A stretch of DNA of 64,000 bases from Azolla caroliniana. Taxonomy: Eukaryota; Plantae; Polypodiophyta. Shown piece by piece: positions 1 through 14,300 of the stretch. The stretch lies in the NCBI GenBank assembly GCA_043228905.1, contig JBHGNT010000011.1:15934001-15998000 (forward strand), read 5' to 3'. Below the pieces are notes generated by a model, which was not told the origin of the DNA, did not search any database, and saw only the letters and a list, made by a program, of their open reading frames with translations. Within the stretch, counting starts at the first letter, position 1. Each line of letters begins with the position of its first letter. The translations under genes were made by a program, and so were the position numbers.

Positions 1-934
1 AAGTCTTGATGTTCAAAAATCACATAAAGCCCTTTGAGTTGCGGCATTGATGGATGATTGGAGATAATGAACCAGAGCTCTGGATTCAAGATTGAATACC
101 ACCAAGTAAGCTAAACAACAAATGAAACCCTCTCCTAAGTATAATTTTTACCTTGTAATTGACATAAGTATCGACAAATAAAAAACTAAAACGACATTTG
201 TGCAAATGAAATGATATTGTGCATTTGTGTATATTTGATTCCAAGCTAGTAAGCATGATGTATATGGATGATTTCAAGGACATTACTTTACGCATCGTGT
301 GAACTTTAGGGGTAGTAAAAAAAGAACACTCCTTGTAATATATGGGGTTCATTTAATGGACCTTAAATTTTGATTAGAGAATCATTGTGTTCTAGTCTTT
401 AATCATTTCCTTCTCCCACAAGATATAACCAGGAAATGATCGAGCAAATTTGTTGCATTTTGCACACATCATGCTCAACTATTCAATCTTCCTCATCTCA
501 TGACATCCTTCGTACAAAAGCATTCGGACATAATAGACACTCTATTGAAATCATTTGGCTATATATTTCATACCTTGTATTAATGTAGAAACATCAAAAA
601 ATTGAAGCTTGGTTTGTTTACTTTATCGGCAAAGGGCGTTTCAGACAATATTCAGGGGCATAAAGGTTCCGAGTATTTTCAATACAGCTTCGCTAGAAAT
701 CTAGATGTATGAGAACAATCGACTTCAAACACAAGATATGAGCCATTGTATCTAGGATGTTTGAACATTGAGTAGTGTTTGTGTGCTTGTGGAATACTGT
801 CTAGATAGATGTCCGAGCCCAAAACTTGAGAGATCATAGTTTGTGCTTTGAGCTGCACGAGGTGGTTCTGTAAAGCCTCGCAAAGTGTAATTAGGGTGTG
901 CTTAGAGTCGAGTATTACTTAAACTTACTTAATT

Positions 935-1690
935 GTTATGATGTTTGGAAGAGGAGCTTAAGAATTCTGGCTCGATGCGGGGTTGAAGTTCAGGTAACAA
1001 GTGCAACCGTTGTTTGGTTAGCTACTGACTTGGCTGCATGGTTTCATGGGTGGAATGGAAATAGCCCTTCTTTAAAGGTGGTGAATGGTACAGTTTAGCC
1101 TCCAGCTCAAGGAGATTCATACTTCATACAGGACCAATATGTAGATGTTTGGATTTTAGTGGTTGGCCTTACTGTTTGGCAAGTATGGGTATCAATGTGT
1201 AAGGAGTCTTTTACCAGGAAGCGAACCCCATCGGCTGAGAGTTTAATGATGATTTGGTTTAATTTGATTTCTACACTACGAGGTAAGTTTGATAGCCTTC
1301 AAGGGCCCTCTGATGCGAGTGAAGCTAGGTACCGCTTCCTTTTAAAATGGAGAGGTTCCTCAATGTTACAGATGGTGGATGGCAATGCAAAGTGGATATA
1401 TCAGCCTCCCAGATGGTTGTTCCCTCCTAGGGTACCAAACATAAAGGTAGGTGCTGAATTGTGAAGTGATTGGCGGGTGTCTTTGCTGAATGTGGGTGTG
1501 TGAGGCTCATGTTGATGGGCGTCTGTCGAGTAATTATGTGATGAGGCTTAGTTCCTTCATTTATACATGATGTTTTGTTGTAGCCATTGCAAAGTGGCTT
1601 GTAACATATGAGTTGTATATTATTCCACGTACTTTTTCTTAACTAATGGAAGTAGAATTTTTTTGGAAAAAAAAAAGAAAAAAAAGAAAT
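935..1690 (+). mobile_element. 5'-truncated, degenerate LINE-like fragment (ORF2 C-terminus, 3' UTR, A-rich tail)
   Basis: Broken ORFs 898-1098 and 1159-1464 carry Trp-rich motifs (CYDVWKR..., VWQVWVSMCKESF) resembling plant L1 ORF2 C-termini. They are followed by an A-rich tail at about 1667-1689 and flanked by related direct repeats (about 840-934 and 1690-1822). Confidence 0.45.
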
Positions 1691-2185
1691 TGTGCGCTTT
1701 GGTTGCATGAGGTGGTTCTGTAAAGCTACTCTAAGTGTTATTACTGTAGTATTCACTAAGCGTAATTAAGAAGAGTAATTAGGGTGTGCTTAGAGCCGAG
1801 CATTACTTAAACTTAATTAATTCTCGTGGTTGGTTGTACACCTCTAGCCTCTAGGATACTGGCTGTCTCTCTCAGCTCTCTGTTCGCAGAGTCACAAAGT
1901 TGTATATTTATTCCATGTACTTTTTCTTAACTAATGGAAGTAGAATTTTTTTGGAAAAAAAAAAGAAAAAAAAGAAATTGTGCGCTTTGAGCTGCATGAG
2001 GTGGTTCTGTAAAACCACTCTAAGTGTAATTACTGTAGTATTCACTAAGCGTAATTAAGAAGAGTAATTAGGGTGTGCTTAGAGCCGAGCATTACTTAAA
2101 CTTAATTAATTCTCGTGGTTGGTTGTACACCTCGAGCCTCTAGGATACTGGCTGTCTCTCTCAGCTCTCTGTTCGCAGAGTCACA
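1611..2185 (+). repeat. Tandem duplication (two units of about 288 bp) immediately upstream of the HDA5 start codon
   Basis: agttgtatat...ctcagctctctgttcgcagagtcaca occurs at about 1611-1897 and again at about 1898-2185; a partial third copy is at 840-934. Confidence 0.9.
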
Positions 2186-2254
2186 GAGTAACAGAGACGG
2201 AGTGACTCAGACTCGGACACGGACACGGACAGAGCTTCGAGCTCTTCCGCAGCT

Positions 2255-5200
2255 ATGGCCATTCGCAGGGTTGGTCTGGTCTATGACGATCGTATGTGTA
2301 AACATGAAGATCCATACAATCCGTATCATCCCGAGAAGCCTCAGCGCATCTCTTCCATCGCTGAACGCCTCAAATCTGCCGAAGCCTTCCAGAAGTAATT
2401 ATTCATCTCCATATTTAAGCTCTTCTGTCTAGTGCTCTTTTTTCTTTTTTTCGGTTGCATGGGCAAACACACCTGAATTTCTCTTTATGTCTCTCCCCCC
2501 CCCCCCCAAATACCCCCAAAAGTTTGGTTATTTCTCCAGATGCTCCCGAGATTTCAGTATTTCGCTGCATGCCCCCCTTTCTATAGCTGCTATGTGTGCT
2601 GTTTAAGCAGTTCAATCCATCTCCGTTTTCACCAAATACTGGTAAACTTTTATTCTCTCCAAATGCTGCTGGTCAACTAACTCTCGAGTAATGTGGTCCA
2701 AGTCATCTCCTTTTCTCAATTACACATGCTAGTTGAGCAATTACATAGCCAATTCATCCCCTTCTTCCCACATTTCCATTGGTGACCTGGTACATTTGGA
2801 AAGATAAGGACAACTCAAGAATAGTCAGAGGTGTTTTGGAGTTTTCACCTTTTCTCTACATTCATGTCAGTCCATGTTAGAATCTGTATACATCTATAGT
2901 TACATGGTGAAATAAAGGTTTCACGTGGATTGCTCTAAGGATTAGTAAGAAGAGAAAACAGGAAATTTAAACTTTATATCTGTATATGGGGAATTCAAAA
3001 GTATCCATAATGTTTCTTGTTCTACTACAATGCACCTTATTTATATATAACCTGGTTAATATATCGATAATGCATTCCGTTAGATCAAGAGCACTGTGTT
3101 TTACCACAAAAAGAAATGAAGAAAAGGCCTCTATTGTTGTCATTGTTGGACCATAAACTGTAGATCCTGGTTCAAGATAATCTCTCTGTCTCTTCCCAGC
3201 AAGACAATGGATGTTCCACTGCTCACAAATCAAGTTGAGCTGGAGAATGACTAACACTACGTAGTTACAAGTGCCCTCGACAACAATCATGGCATCTCCT
3301 ATGTTGATGAGTGGGATGACATGCCTGAACTTTCTTTGGAGTTTTTCGTAATCAGGGATATTTGTGTAATTCGCGACTGCTTCATCCTCTAAGCAAGAGA
3401 TGGAAGAGAGCTCTCAAAAAGAGGAGAGAGAAAGGAGACACGGGAAATTAATAACACTTGCATTAAGCAGAAAGGAAAACATGTAATCCAACACTAAAAC
3501 AATTAATACAAAACTAAATGAGGACATGAATATACACACCAAATGGTAAGCACAATTGTTGCCTGTAGAGTTTCTTGTTCAAACCGCAAGATCATCATCT
3601 CCATCATATATAGCCTAAACATATATTCACATACAAATACTGTTTGTCACTGTGCTATATGGTGCATTTGCATAGGAAAATGACCTTTCCAGATGATTCA
3701 TGGGCTTTGTTTTACAGATATGGGTTATTGATTATCATATGCATATGATCCTTGAGTAGTTCTACATAGGAAAATCACCTTCCTAGCTAATTCTTGTGCA
3801 TTGTCTTAGAGAAATTTTCATGGATTTTTTCTTCCAAATGATTTTTGAATAGTTTGACACAGGAAACCACCTTGACATTTTTTTAAAGAATATAAATTCA
3901 TTCCGGTTCCTAGCGTATGCACAGGCATTTCATCTTGAGAGACATCTTTCAGTTGCATCAAATAATCCTTTTAATGCACATTGAATTAGATGCCTCCCTT
4001 AAAGAAAACAAAAGAACCTTGCCTCTTAACATTAATATGCAGAAAAAAAGGCAAATGGTTGTAAGCATGTTCCATAACTATATCTAATAGATTTTTTTTA
4101 TGAAATCTCAAGAGCACATTGTTTTTGAATTTTGATCAGATGCATACCTATTGAAGCAAGAGAGGCCACAGATGATGAGCTTGCAACTGTGCACACACAA
4201 AAGCATGTTACTCTTATGCGAAAAGTCAGTAGCAATGAGTATGGTGATCAACATAGAAGGATTCTATCCCGCCGTTACAATTCTATTTATTTCAATCGTG
4301 GATCATCAGAATCTGCACTTCTTGCAGCTGGTTCAGTTGTAGAGGTATTTAATGCCACTTGGATATCCAAAGTAAAACTTTTTTTGTTTAAATGTTATGC
4401 ATTGCTTTCTCTTGAGTGACTGAGTCTTGATAGAAGAAATATCATTTACATTCTTGGGGACGAATTGCATGTATTGTTAGGTGTTAACTTTCATTTTAAT
4501 ATTTTATAGATAAAATCTTTGATCCCCACTTTTGGCTGCTCTCAGGTGGCTATACTGTAAATCCTTTGAAAATTTGGAAGATCTAGGAAGAAAGGAAACA
4601 GAATTCAGGGTCCCCAAGTCAGTATTACCTATGTCTGTATTGTTATGAATTTGAATTATTGAGTACAACACTTCTGAAAACAACTGCTTCTTAATCATCC
4701 TTCTTTCCTTCACTAATTTTTCTGTTCACACTAGCCTAGAAAGACTCTTTATTTAGTTAAAGCTGAACGTATGCTGTTCTTAAGTTAGTTGAGGCAGCGA
4801 AGAAAAAGGGGTTATTACACTGTATATTGCTATGCCATAGACTATTATTAAAGTAATTGATGTCATGGACACATGTTTTCTAGTTTACTATTACTCATTA
4901 TATATTTTTATCTGTGCTCATTTATCATCTTGTCATTTGATTAGGTAAATTTATCATAAAAAGAAGAGTTGACATCATGTTTGAAGTAGGAGCCTCTATT
5001 CATTTGTTTGCATTGCAACTGTGTATTCATAGGTTTTGGGAGTATCTTTCTGCTGAGATATTATGTTCATTTTCCTTCAGCTATGTCTAAGGGTCGCAAA
5101 AGGTGATATTGAAGCTGGCGCAGCTGTTGTGCGCCCACCAGGACACCATGCAGAGGCTGATAGCGCTATGGGATTTTGTCTATTTAATAATGTGGCTGTG

Positions 5201-8200
5201 GCTGCCCATGTTTTAGTCCATGGAAAGGTGTGTTTGAAAATTCATTATCATATCTATTTTGCTGTTTATCAAGAAAATGTTTCAGAGTTTTTGAAGGTTT
5301 AACATGAAAATACTCAGGAAAGTATACAATTCCTGAAGTAAAAGAATCAGATTTCAATTATTATGTTGAAACGAGTGAGGTGGGTGCTCCTAAATGAAAT
5401 TTGAGCACCCTAACTTGCTGCAGCATAGCTGCATTGACATATGATTAGATCTCAGTTGTCATTTATGTGTTAAAATATCTTGGATTTATGTTTTTATAAT
5501 AGTACTCTAAACAAATCTATTTTATTTTGATTTTCGATGATTGGTTATGCATCCCATTATTGTAACCAATTGTCCCATGGGTCAAATTCGGTCTTAGAAG
5601 ACGTTAATATATCTTTCTTTCTTTCTTTCTTTCTCATTGTTGCTTATTCATTTTACATTTCAAGACATTTAGTTTAAGGAAGCTATAGTAGAAAGATATT
5701 GTTTCTTTTGCTCATGTGATGAGTTAATATAGACAGTTCTAATCTTTCTCATAGCCCATTATGATTGTTTAGAGACATTATATATATATTTTTTCGTTTT
5801 CTGAAGTCTTCAAGTTAATGTGCAATTATTAAGATGCATGTCAACAGAAATCTGCTGTCTGTATGGATGTCTGATAGAACTATGGCTCCTTCTACACGGT
5901 GTTGCAAAAATCTCTCTGTCAATAGCAAGTTCTAAGTATCCGTGGATGGATATTATACAATCATTTGCGGGTGATTGTCATGGCCATCATCAAGTGAGGA
6001 TTTGTATGGATATGTGGGAATATAGATATTATAAGGGTTATTGTAAGAGCTATTTTAAGGGCTAGAAATAGTGAGATATTTTAGAATCTTGACAGGTCTC
6101 TATGATTGTGAGGTGACATGAATAGTCTGATGCATTTCACGTCTAATATTGTAGAAGGGTGATTTCCCCTGTAGTCGATCTCAAGTCAGACGTAATCATA
6201 GCCTTTGTTTTTACTCTGGTTTCTTACTCTCTTGTTCTCTTGTTGGATCTCTTTCTTGACTTTCTCATCCCGTCACTTGTCACTCAATCCAATATAAAAA
6301 GGTTGTTGGGGTGAGGGGGGGTATCTGATGTGGTGTGATGATGGATTTGATCATGTGAATATGCACGTTGGAATTGCGGTGAGGCGTGTTTGCTTTTACA
6401 TCACGAGAATGTTGCTAGCAGTATGCCTGCAGAAGGTATCTGTCAACTTCTTTACCTAGCTAGATCTGTGAGTGTTGCCCTCTCCCTCAAGAGGGCCTTC
6501 CTATGTCTCCTTATCTCTAGAAGGAAGAGCATTAACTATGATCGATGGAGAGTTCTAAATCATTCTCAAAAGAGACCATGATGTCTTTCTGAGATATTAT
6601 AATATACTGGGTAGGGAGACACGTAATGTTCCTCAGGTTCAACTTCCTGATTGCAAAGCTCGTTGAGTGGTTCTTTATATATTTATATTATGAAAAATCT
6701 GTTATGAACAGTAGTAAGGTTCCATAGAGCCTAGCAGCAGCAGAAAAATTACTATCAAGATCTGTAATTCTTAGTGAGGTCCAAAGCCTTAAAATACAAA
6801 AATGAGATCGGGACCGGGGTTGTAACAGATGCATTTATGTAAGGGAATAAAATATTCCCAGGAGCATGATGAGTTGTAGTGGAGGGAAAGTGATGTAGTA
6901 AATGCAGTAATGTAAGTAGGGGTAGTAGGTTCAGAAAATCAGATGAAATAAACGCTGTAATAAATGCTGAAACGTTATAGAGAGAGTGTGTAGAAGGGAG
7001 AGATTAGTTATGGGGCTGTCACTCTCGAACATTTCCTCTCAGCTCCAGATTGGTGCTCCTACATTGGGATGGGGTAAGGGACTGATCAATGGTGTCCCTT
7101 GGAAGTGGCTTGGAAAAGAGATTAGTTATGGGGCTGTCACTCTCCAACATTTCCTCTCAGCTCCAGATTGGTGCTCCTACATTGGGATGGGTAAAGAACT
7201 GATCAATGGTGTCCTTTGGAAGTGGCTTGGTAAAGAAATCAGTCACATTTTCTCGAGTGGGAAAATAATCCAATCTGATGATCTAAATAGTGCAAAGATT
7301 ACGAACAAAATGGTAGTGAACTTCAATGTGTTTAGTACTACCATGAAAGGATGAATCGTGTGCTAATTATAATTAATGCATGAGCACTCTGGCTATTGGC
7401 GAGAACTGGAATAGGAGTGGCATTTGGAATTCTAAGATGGTCAAGGATTTGTATTAGCAATAAGAGTTCACAATATATATCCAAATAGGCACGTTATTCA
7501 GCTTATGTATACAAAGTGGAATCTGAAATTTGTTTCTTGGACTTTCAAGAAATCAAACCTGACCCAAGTAGAAAGCAATGGCCAAACGTAGATCATCTTG
7601 TGTCAATGTCTCTTACTCAATCTGCATTTAAGCAACCAGTTAACCCAATGTCTCCTCTGAATGAAAGGCCATAGTCAGTTATGCCTACTAAACACCAAAG
7701 AGCACAAACGGCTGCTTGCCAATGAACATGGTTTGGAGCCTTTGAAAACTAACTGAGATCATTAACACTGTAGGACAGACAGTTCAGGTCGCGTATGTAA
7801 GATGAATGAGGGATCTGATCAAACTCCTATACTTTTTACTATCTTTAACAATAGGAGAATGCTCTTCACGAGAAAGCTTGAACTGTGGACTTGTGGGACA
7901 AGAAAAGGCTTGCAATCAGTCATGCTATAGGTTTCAAAAAGTTTTTGAAGATACCTATGTGGCTCAGCAAATGCCTCCATTTCATCGATAAATTTCCATG
8001 CTTAGAAAATAATGTAGAAGACCAAAATCTGTCATTTCAAATCATTGCAAAGTTCCTTTATCTTGGCTTCAAGAGAGCTTCGCATTAGTAAGATATCTAC
8101 ATATAGAATAACTAGACATAACAAGCCATCTTAGGAGAGGACATAGACATCACTGTCAGTAGAACATTGTCAGAATCCAATAAAAAGTCAAACATGTCAC

Positions 8201-8268
8201 ATCAAGCCTTAGGAGTTTGTTTTAAACCATATGTAAAGAATCGAGTGTGATTCTGTGCAGTGGAAGAG

Positions 8269-8316
<48 letters not shown>

Positions 8317-11300
8317 AAAACTGTATATACAAGAAAACAATAACCAACTCCGTTCCAAAGAAGAGGAAAAGATGCTTATGTAGTCATCTTCTCTCTATAT
8401 TCTCTCACTACAACCACCTCTTGGGAAGGAGATGGAGAATTAACTGCTTACTATGTGTCATAGGACTAACTTCTATGACACACTAGTTATGATACAAAGT
8501 TGTGGGGTGTTCACACACTTGGCTATTCCTAAGGTGTGTTCCCACACTAGGGAAGTTGAGTTTGATTCTCAACACCAGAAGGCTTTTTTCAGCCTATAAA
8601 CCTTACCGTGCTGACCTGAAATCTCAAAACCAGGGGGCTGTCCACATAAACTTCTTCTATTAAGGAATATATACTAATTATAGTGGGCAGCAAGTTGTAG
8701 GCTATGCCAGATTGAAGTTTCCTTTTCTGTTGGAGAAAATGTCCCCTCATAGCTGCACCTTCAACTGGGCATACCCTTTTGCAACTAATGAAGCTTTGTG
8801 TTTGTCCAATGTACCATCTACATGATATTTGGTTTTGATATCCCTTTAGAACAATAATATGTTTGTCTTGAGGACGTGGAAACAATTCCTATGTGTGATT
8901 CCTTTCGGTGGAATCAAATTCTATCTGCATGGATTCCATCTATTTAGTAAGAGCAAGGGCTTCTTCATAAGCAATAGGAGATGAGGGTTGAATAGGGGAA
9001 GTTGACATATAGAACGAGCTTCCGGAACGCATTATATTTGTAACAACTATCTATCAATGTGCTTAATTTATTAATATGGTTCACTGCAATTTGATGAGTT
9101 ATTATCTCACATTTTGCATGTACAGCAAGATGTTGGCATTCAAAAAGTTATGATAGTTGATTGGGATGTACATCATGGCAATGGAACCCAAAATATGTTC
9201 TGGAATGATCAACATGTTCTATATTTCTCCGTCCACAGGTATCATATTGAAAACACTGTAATTGATAAAAATCAAAGTTGGATTATTTGAATATGGTCGA
9301 AACTTTTCACAGACAAGTAACCACAGTTGCATTTTCCTACATTATATAGATATGACAATGGATCCTTTTATCCAATGGGAACAGAAGGAAACTTTGACAA
9401 GATTGGTGGGAGTGATGCTTTAGGTTTTAATGTCAATGTACCATGGCCACATGGTGGATTTGGCGACTTGGATTATCTTGTTGTATGGGATCACCTGCTT
9501 CTACCTATCGCCAAAGATTTCAAACCTGATATGGTACTTATTTCAGGGGGTTTTGATTCAGGTACACACCTTACTCTAGAATTTATTTCCTCAAACATTA
9601 GCATTCTATATGAATACTGATTCCCTTTCTGGGTTTTGAGCTTTAATTTTGGACTTCTGTTTCGTTTAAAAAAATATGATGTGGTTTTGTAAATAAAGTT
9701 TATACACACAGACATACATGTCCGCATGTTGCATTATTGGAACTTTATTGTTACGCACACAATCTTAATATATTATATAATGGCCAACATTCTAATGGTT
9801 TTAAAGGTATCTTAAGAATTGAGGCAACTCACATAAGGTCATGACACATGGCATGTACATGCAGTGGCCTGAGGACCTAGAACGCAAGTATAAAATGAGT
9901 AGCTTACCTCATTAGGGAGAGGGGAGATTATTTTGGTCAGAATGTTATTGAGACACTGGTGGTGTGGCAAGGCTCTTGCTAAACGATAGCACTTTGTGGA
10001 TTTGCATCCAATGTACAATCCTAGGCAATATAGTGGTATGGGACACGGATGGTGTTTAAGATCTGTCTCAATTTCTTTGCTTGGGAGTGTTTGGGAGGAA
10101 AAGTACCCTTAATACTTTTCTTTCCTTAATGATATGTTCATTTGCTTAATCATTAGTTCTATCGTTGACATTGATTGATGCACCATAAATATTATATATG
10201 CTCCGTGAAGATTGATCCTTGGTCAGGATCATAAATTCAAGTGTGCCACTTTAAATGTTTATGGCTTTGAACATACCAATGGGCCCACAGCATTCAACAT
10301 ATAATAAGTAAGAGTATTTAAATGATTTTCTGGTGAAATTTCTAGACAATATCTTAATTATCTCTAAAAGTAAAGAACATTTGATGCCAAATTGAAAAAT
10401 GTTGAGTTTCTAGTATATTGCATCTCCAGAATTACATTTCTGTGAACCCATTGAAGGTCCAATGTATACAGGAGTTGAATCAGTTAGAGAAGTTCAATCC
10501 TTCTTGGGCTTCAAAAGTTATATCAGTTTTTTATCAGAGACTAAACTAACAAGAAAAGGTAAACTTCCATGGAAGCAGCTTTCCAAGGATAATTTTACAT
10601 CAATGTCAATTTTAATCCATGTTTAACTCCACACACTTCTTTGAAGCTGATGCATTAGATTTACCGTTTAGTTGATGAAGATGATCGATTACATCACGTG
10701 GCTTTCCATTTTCTGAAGTTTATGGCTTTAGAAATCAACTGTGTGATCTATGAGGAACTTCTAGACATTGTGGATCTTGTGGCATATGAGAACATCTTTT
10801 GGAGTGAATCCTTACAAGATCATATTATATGCAGAATATAAGAAGTGTTTCACTACATGTGTCTCTAATTCTTGTCAGGGTTGATGGAATAATTTGCTTT
10901 CAAGGTTTGATTTGTAGTGTTCGTAGGGTTAGGCATCAACAAGTATATTTAAGGCACACACATCTTCATGAAAGGTGAAGCAAACTTTGGTAGATAAAAA
11001 TTATGTCTTGCTTAAACTGGAGCAAATCAAGATGTCAGCAGTCTCTAGTAAACTTCCAGAAGATTTTGATTTCCTGCTGAGAAAAAAGAACAAGATTCAA
11101 GGATCATGAACAAGAAGATCAAAGATAGAGAACCAAGAACAAAGGTTCAAATTTGCGATTTCAAATTCAAGATCCAAAACCTCATCAAGATTAAGTTTCA
11201 AGATAGCTGAAAATCATGAAGAAAATTATATTTAAAATAAATAAATTCATTGTATAGAAATTCCATATGGACGTTTCTCCAAGTGAAACGTGTAGTGTCA

Positions 11301-14300
11301 GCTCTTGCTTGGCCATTTCACACTTGACCCTTTAAAAATGCATTTCATGGTCCAAGTTTTAATTCCCAGATTTGTAAAGAAAAGCCTCATACAAATCTAG
11401 GCTATGAGGTGATTTTGAAAAATGGATCAAAATTTCCTTCAAAGAAACATGTAGCATGTATGTAGCTTTTTTATATGAATTCTGGATCAACGTTTTCTTT
11501 AAAGCAACATTTTTATTGACAGATAATTGTTGTTGTACACAACTGATAATTATATAATGAATTATGAATATGGTTTTTAATGGTACCACATTCTGTTCGC
11601 ATATCTGCATTCAAAATTCTGGTCCTTATTTTGTACCAGCTGAAGGGGATCCTCTAGGAGGCTGTTGCTTGACACCATATGGGTATGCTGAAATGACACA
11701 GAAGGTGAATATCAAAGAAGCTTGCATATTTTCATCAGAACTTTATTCTGATTCTATTTACTATCTTGTGAAATATATTTCTAGAAATCGTGATAATTTA
11801 AGTTGGTTGATTGAAAACAGTTGATGGATTTAGCTGGAGGTCGTGTAGTTCTCATTTTGGAAGGAGGCTATAATCTTCAGTCGATTTCTGAATCTTACTT
11901 GTCATGCCTTGAAGTTATGCTTGGAGTTTCACCATCTTACTCATTGACTCCTACCAAAAGCACATTACGTAGCACATGGGATGTTGTTCAAAAGGTAAGA
12001 TTATGATTGAAATTTGAAGTTTGAATAATAGAACCTATCCAACTACTAACTTAACGCTTGACCCTGATTTTTGAATTGTTGCATATTGCATAAAAAGGTG
12101 AGAAGTGCCTTGAAGAATGTGTGGCCTGTTTTAGACAAGCAATCAGCTTCTTTTGAAGAAGAATTGGAGGCAGCTTTGCTGGTTTCAATAGAAGAAGTGA
12201 GAATTACACATTCAAACTATTTTCTCGCTGTGTTTTAGATTTGTAAATATTGTTTTTATTCTGGTGCAGAAGCTTATACATGTAGCCCTAAGTGATACAG
12301 AGTCTGATGAACAATTAGAAGTAGATGATTGTCACACTCAGAATGTGGAGAATGTAAATGTACCTGTGGAACCTGTGATTACATCAGATTTTTCTATACA
12401 AACTAGTGGTGTAAAAATTGACTCTCAATCAGGGGACAATGCTAGTGATCAGCATAATTCGAAATCTATAGATGATATAGTGTCTTCGTTGACTATTGAC
12501 ACCAATGGTGATGACACTGCAAGTGAAGGATTCATAGAAACAAGCTTGAGCGTGGAATCTGAAGATGTTGCACAAATGATTGTGGGGAGTAGCGTCAATG
12601 CTGATATTGAGGCTGTAGCCTATGTTTGGTATGCTTGCTATGGGTCAAACATGTGGAAGGATCGGTTCTTGTGTTACCTCCAAGGAGGCCAGGTAAATGA
12701 GATGCCTCTTTCTATCTCTCCACCCTCCCTCTGATGCCCATATTCCTTTCTTTTACTAACCACAATGATCTATCAATAAAATAATGTCCTTCTTGGTTTC
12801 TTGTAAATTTTTTATCAGACATTAGTGATGATTTATGATGCAATATCTTATGTAGTGAAGAACACAATATCAATGAAACAATGACTTAGAAATATTTTCA
12901 TTACTGCTCGTACTCTACATATGTTGGCTGCATAGTCATTATAACCAGATTAGTGGCAATTGGAAAACTGATGACCACCTGCAAATGGGGAAGAAGGCCA
13001 ATGAGGGAGAGTAGAAGTTTGAGAAAGAAGGCCACAAAGGTACTGTATTTGAATAGGATGGAAATGCATCTCTAGCACCCAAAGGCACAAGAGCCTCTCC
13101 TGCTTGTGCAACTTACAGTTGTCTACAAAGTTGATCTCAATGTTGTTTCGGAGTAACTAATATTGAACTACCAACCTTTGTAAAGATTTTGGTCTATGAA
13201 GAATCTCTCCACCTTTCATGTCATTTTGACAATGGGATTTCCAAATGTGCGAGTCCTCAATAGCCCAAAATTTCAGAGGGGTTGGGTGGGGATCTACACA
13301 AGGTTGCCAATGTTCTGCAGGAATTGCTTGATATAGCCAATATTGAGAAATGTGGAAGGTTCATAGGAATAGACATCCATATTGAGCATGGAATGCCTGC
13401 GAAGGACTAGGAGAGGCTGATTCTGTATGTTTGGTATATTAAATCTGCACGGTTTGCAGATGTATACACTCTCCACTTTTTTTATGCAGTACACATTTGG
13501 ACCTCACCTACACAGGGAGTGGGACCATGTATTAGACGTGGACCTTGGTGGGAGGAAGTAGAATGCATCTGACTGATTTGGGACCCTTGTCATGTTGAAT
13601 TATCATTTGCAAATAGTTTACTCTCCTATTGAACTCAGGTAGAAAGAATGAAAAAGAAATGTGTGGGATCAAGGCGCCAGACACCTCCCACTGCGACAAG
13701 TTGGATAGAGGTGGGAAATCAGATGTTTTTTGGCCACTCTTACACAGCAACATGGGGTCATGGAGGTGTTGCTTTTCTACAATCAAGGCCAACTGAAGGT
13801 GTTTCTACCTACATCCGTTTATACAAGATCACGTAAGTTTTTTTTCTTTCAAGAGGTTTACAGGAAAGCCTGAAAATGCTAATTTTATTGTCCTCCTTTG
13901 AGCCTTTTAAGCTTCTTAAGGACTGCAGGCTGGACCAATTCAATGATCTTTTTATGCAAGAAAATTGTGTTCTGGACTATGGGAGTGACTTGATTGATAA
14001 ATCTCTAATTGATAATTTAAGCCAGCCATTGGTCACACTTCTCAAGGTATGTCATTTTGATAAGTCAGTTCTTTCATGAATTCCCTGGATCACCATCTTT
14101 GTGTTTGATGTGTAATCTAGCTAAGGTACTTAACCAAAGATATATCATGAAATGGCTGCTTCATTCCACAAAATTAGGTTTCCCTAGCGGCTAGCATGGC
14201 TTCAGAATATGCAGGTGTCATTTTGTGGAGGTAAAATCAGAAAGAGCACATGTGCGGTACAAGCAGACCCATCCTTTGTTCTGAGAGTATGTTCGGCCAT

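Noticed and set aside
1-620. Possible decayed retroelement RNase H/integrase remnants
   Set aside because: Too degenerate to support by eye.
13459-13569. Possible MITE with imperfect terminal inverted repeats in HDA5 intron 9
   Set aside because: The inverted-repeat match is weak and there is no second copy or clear TSD in the window.
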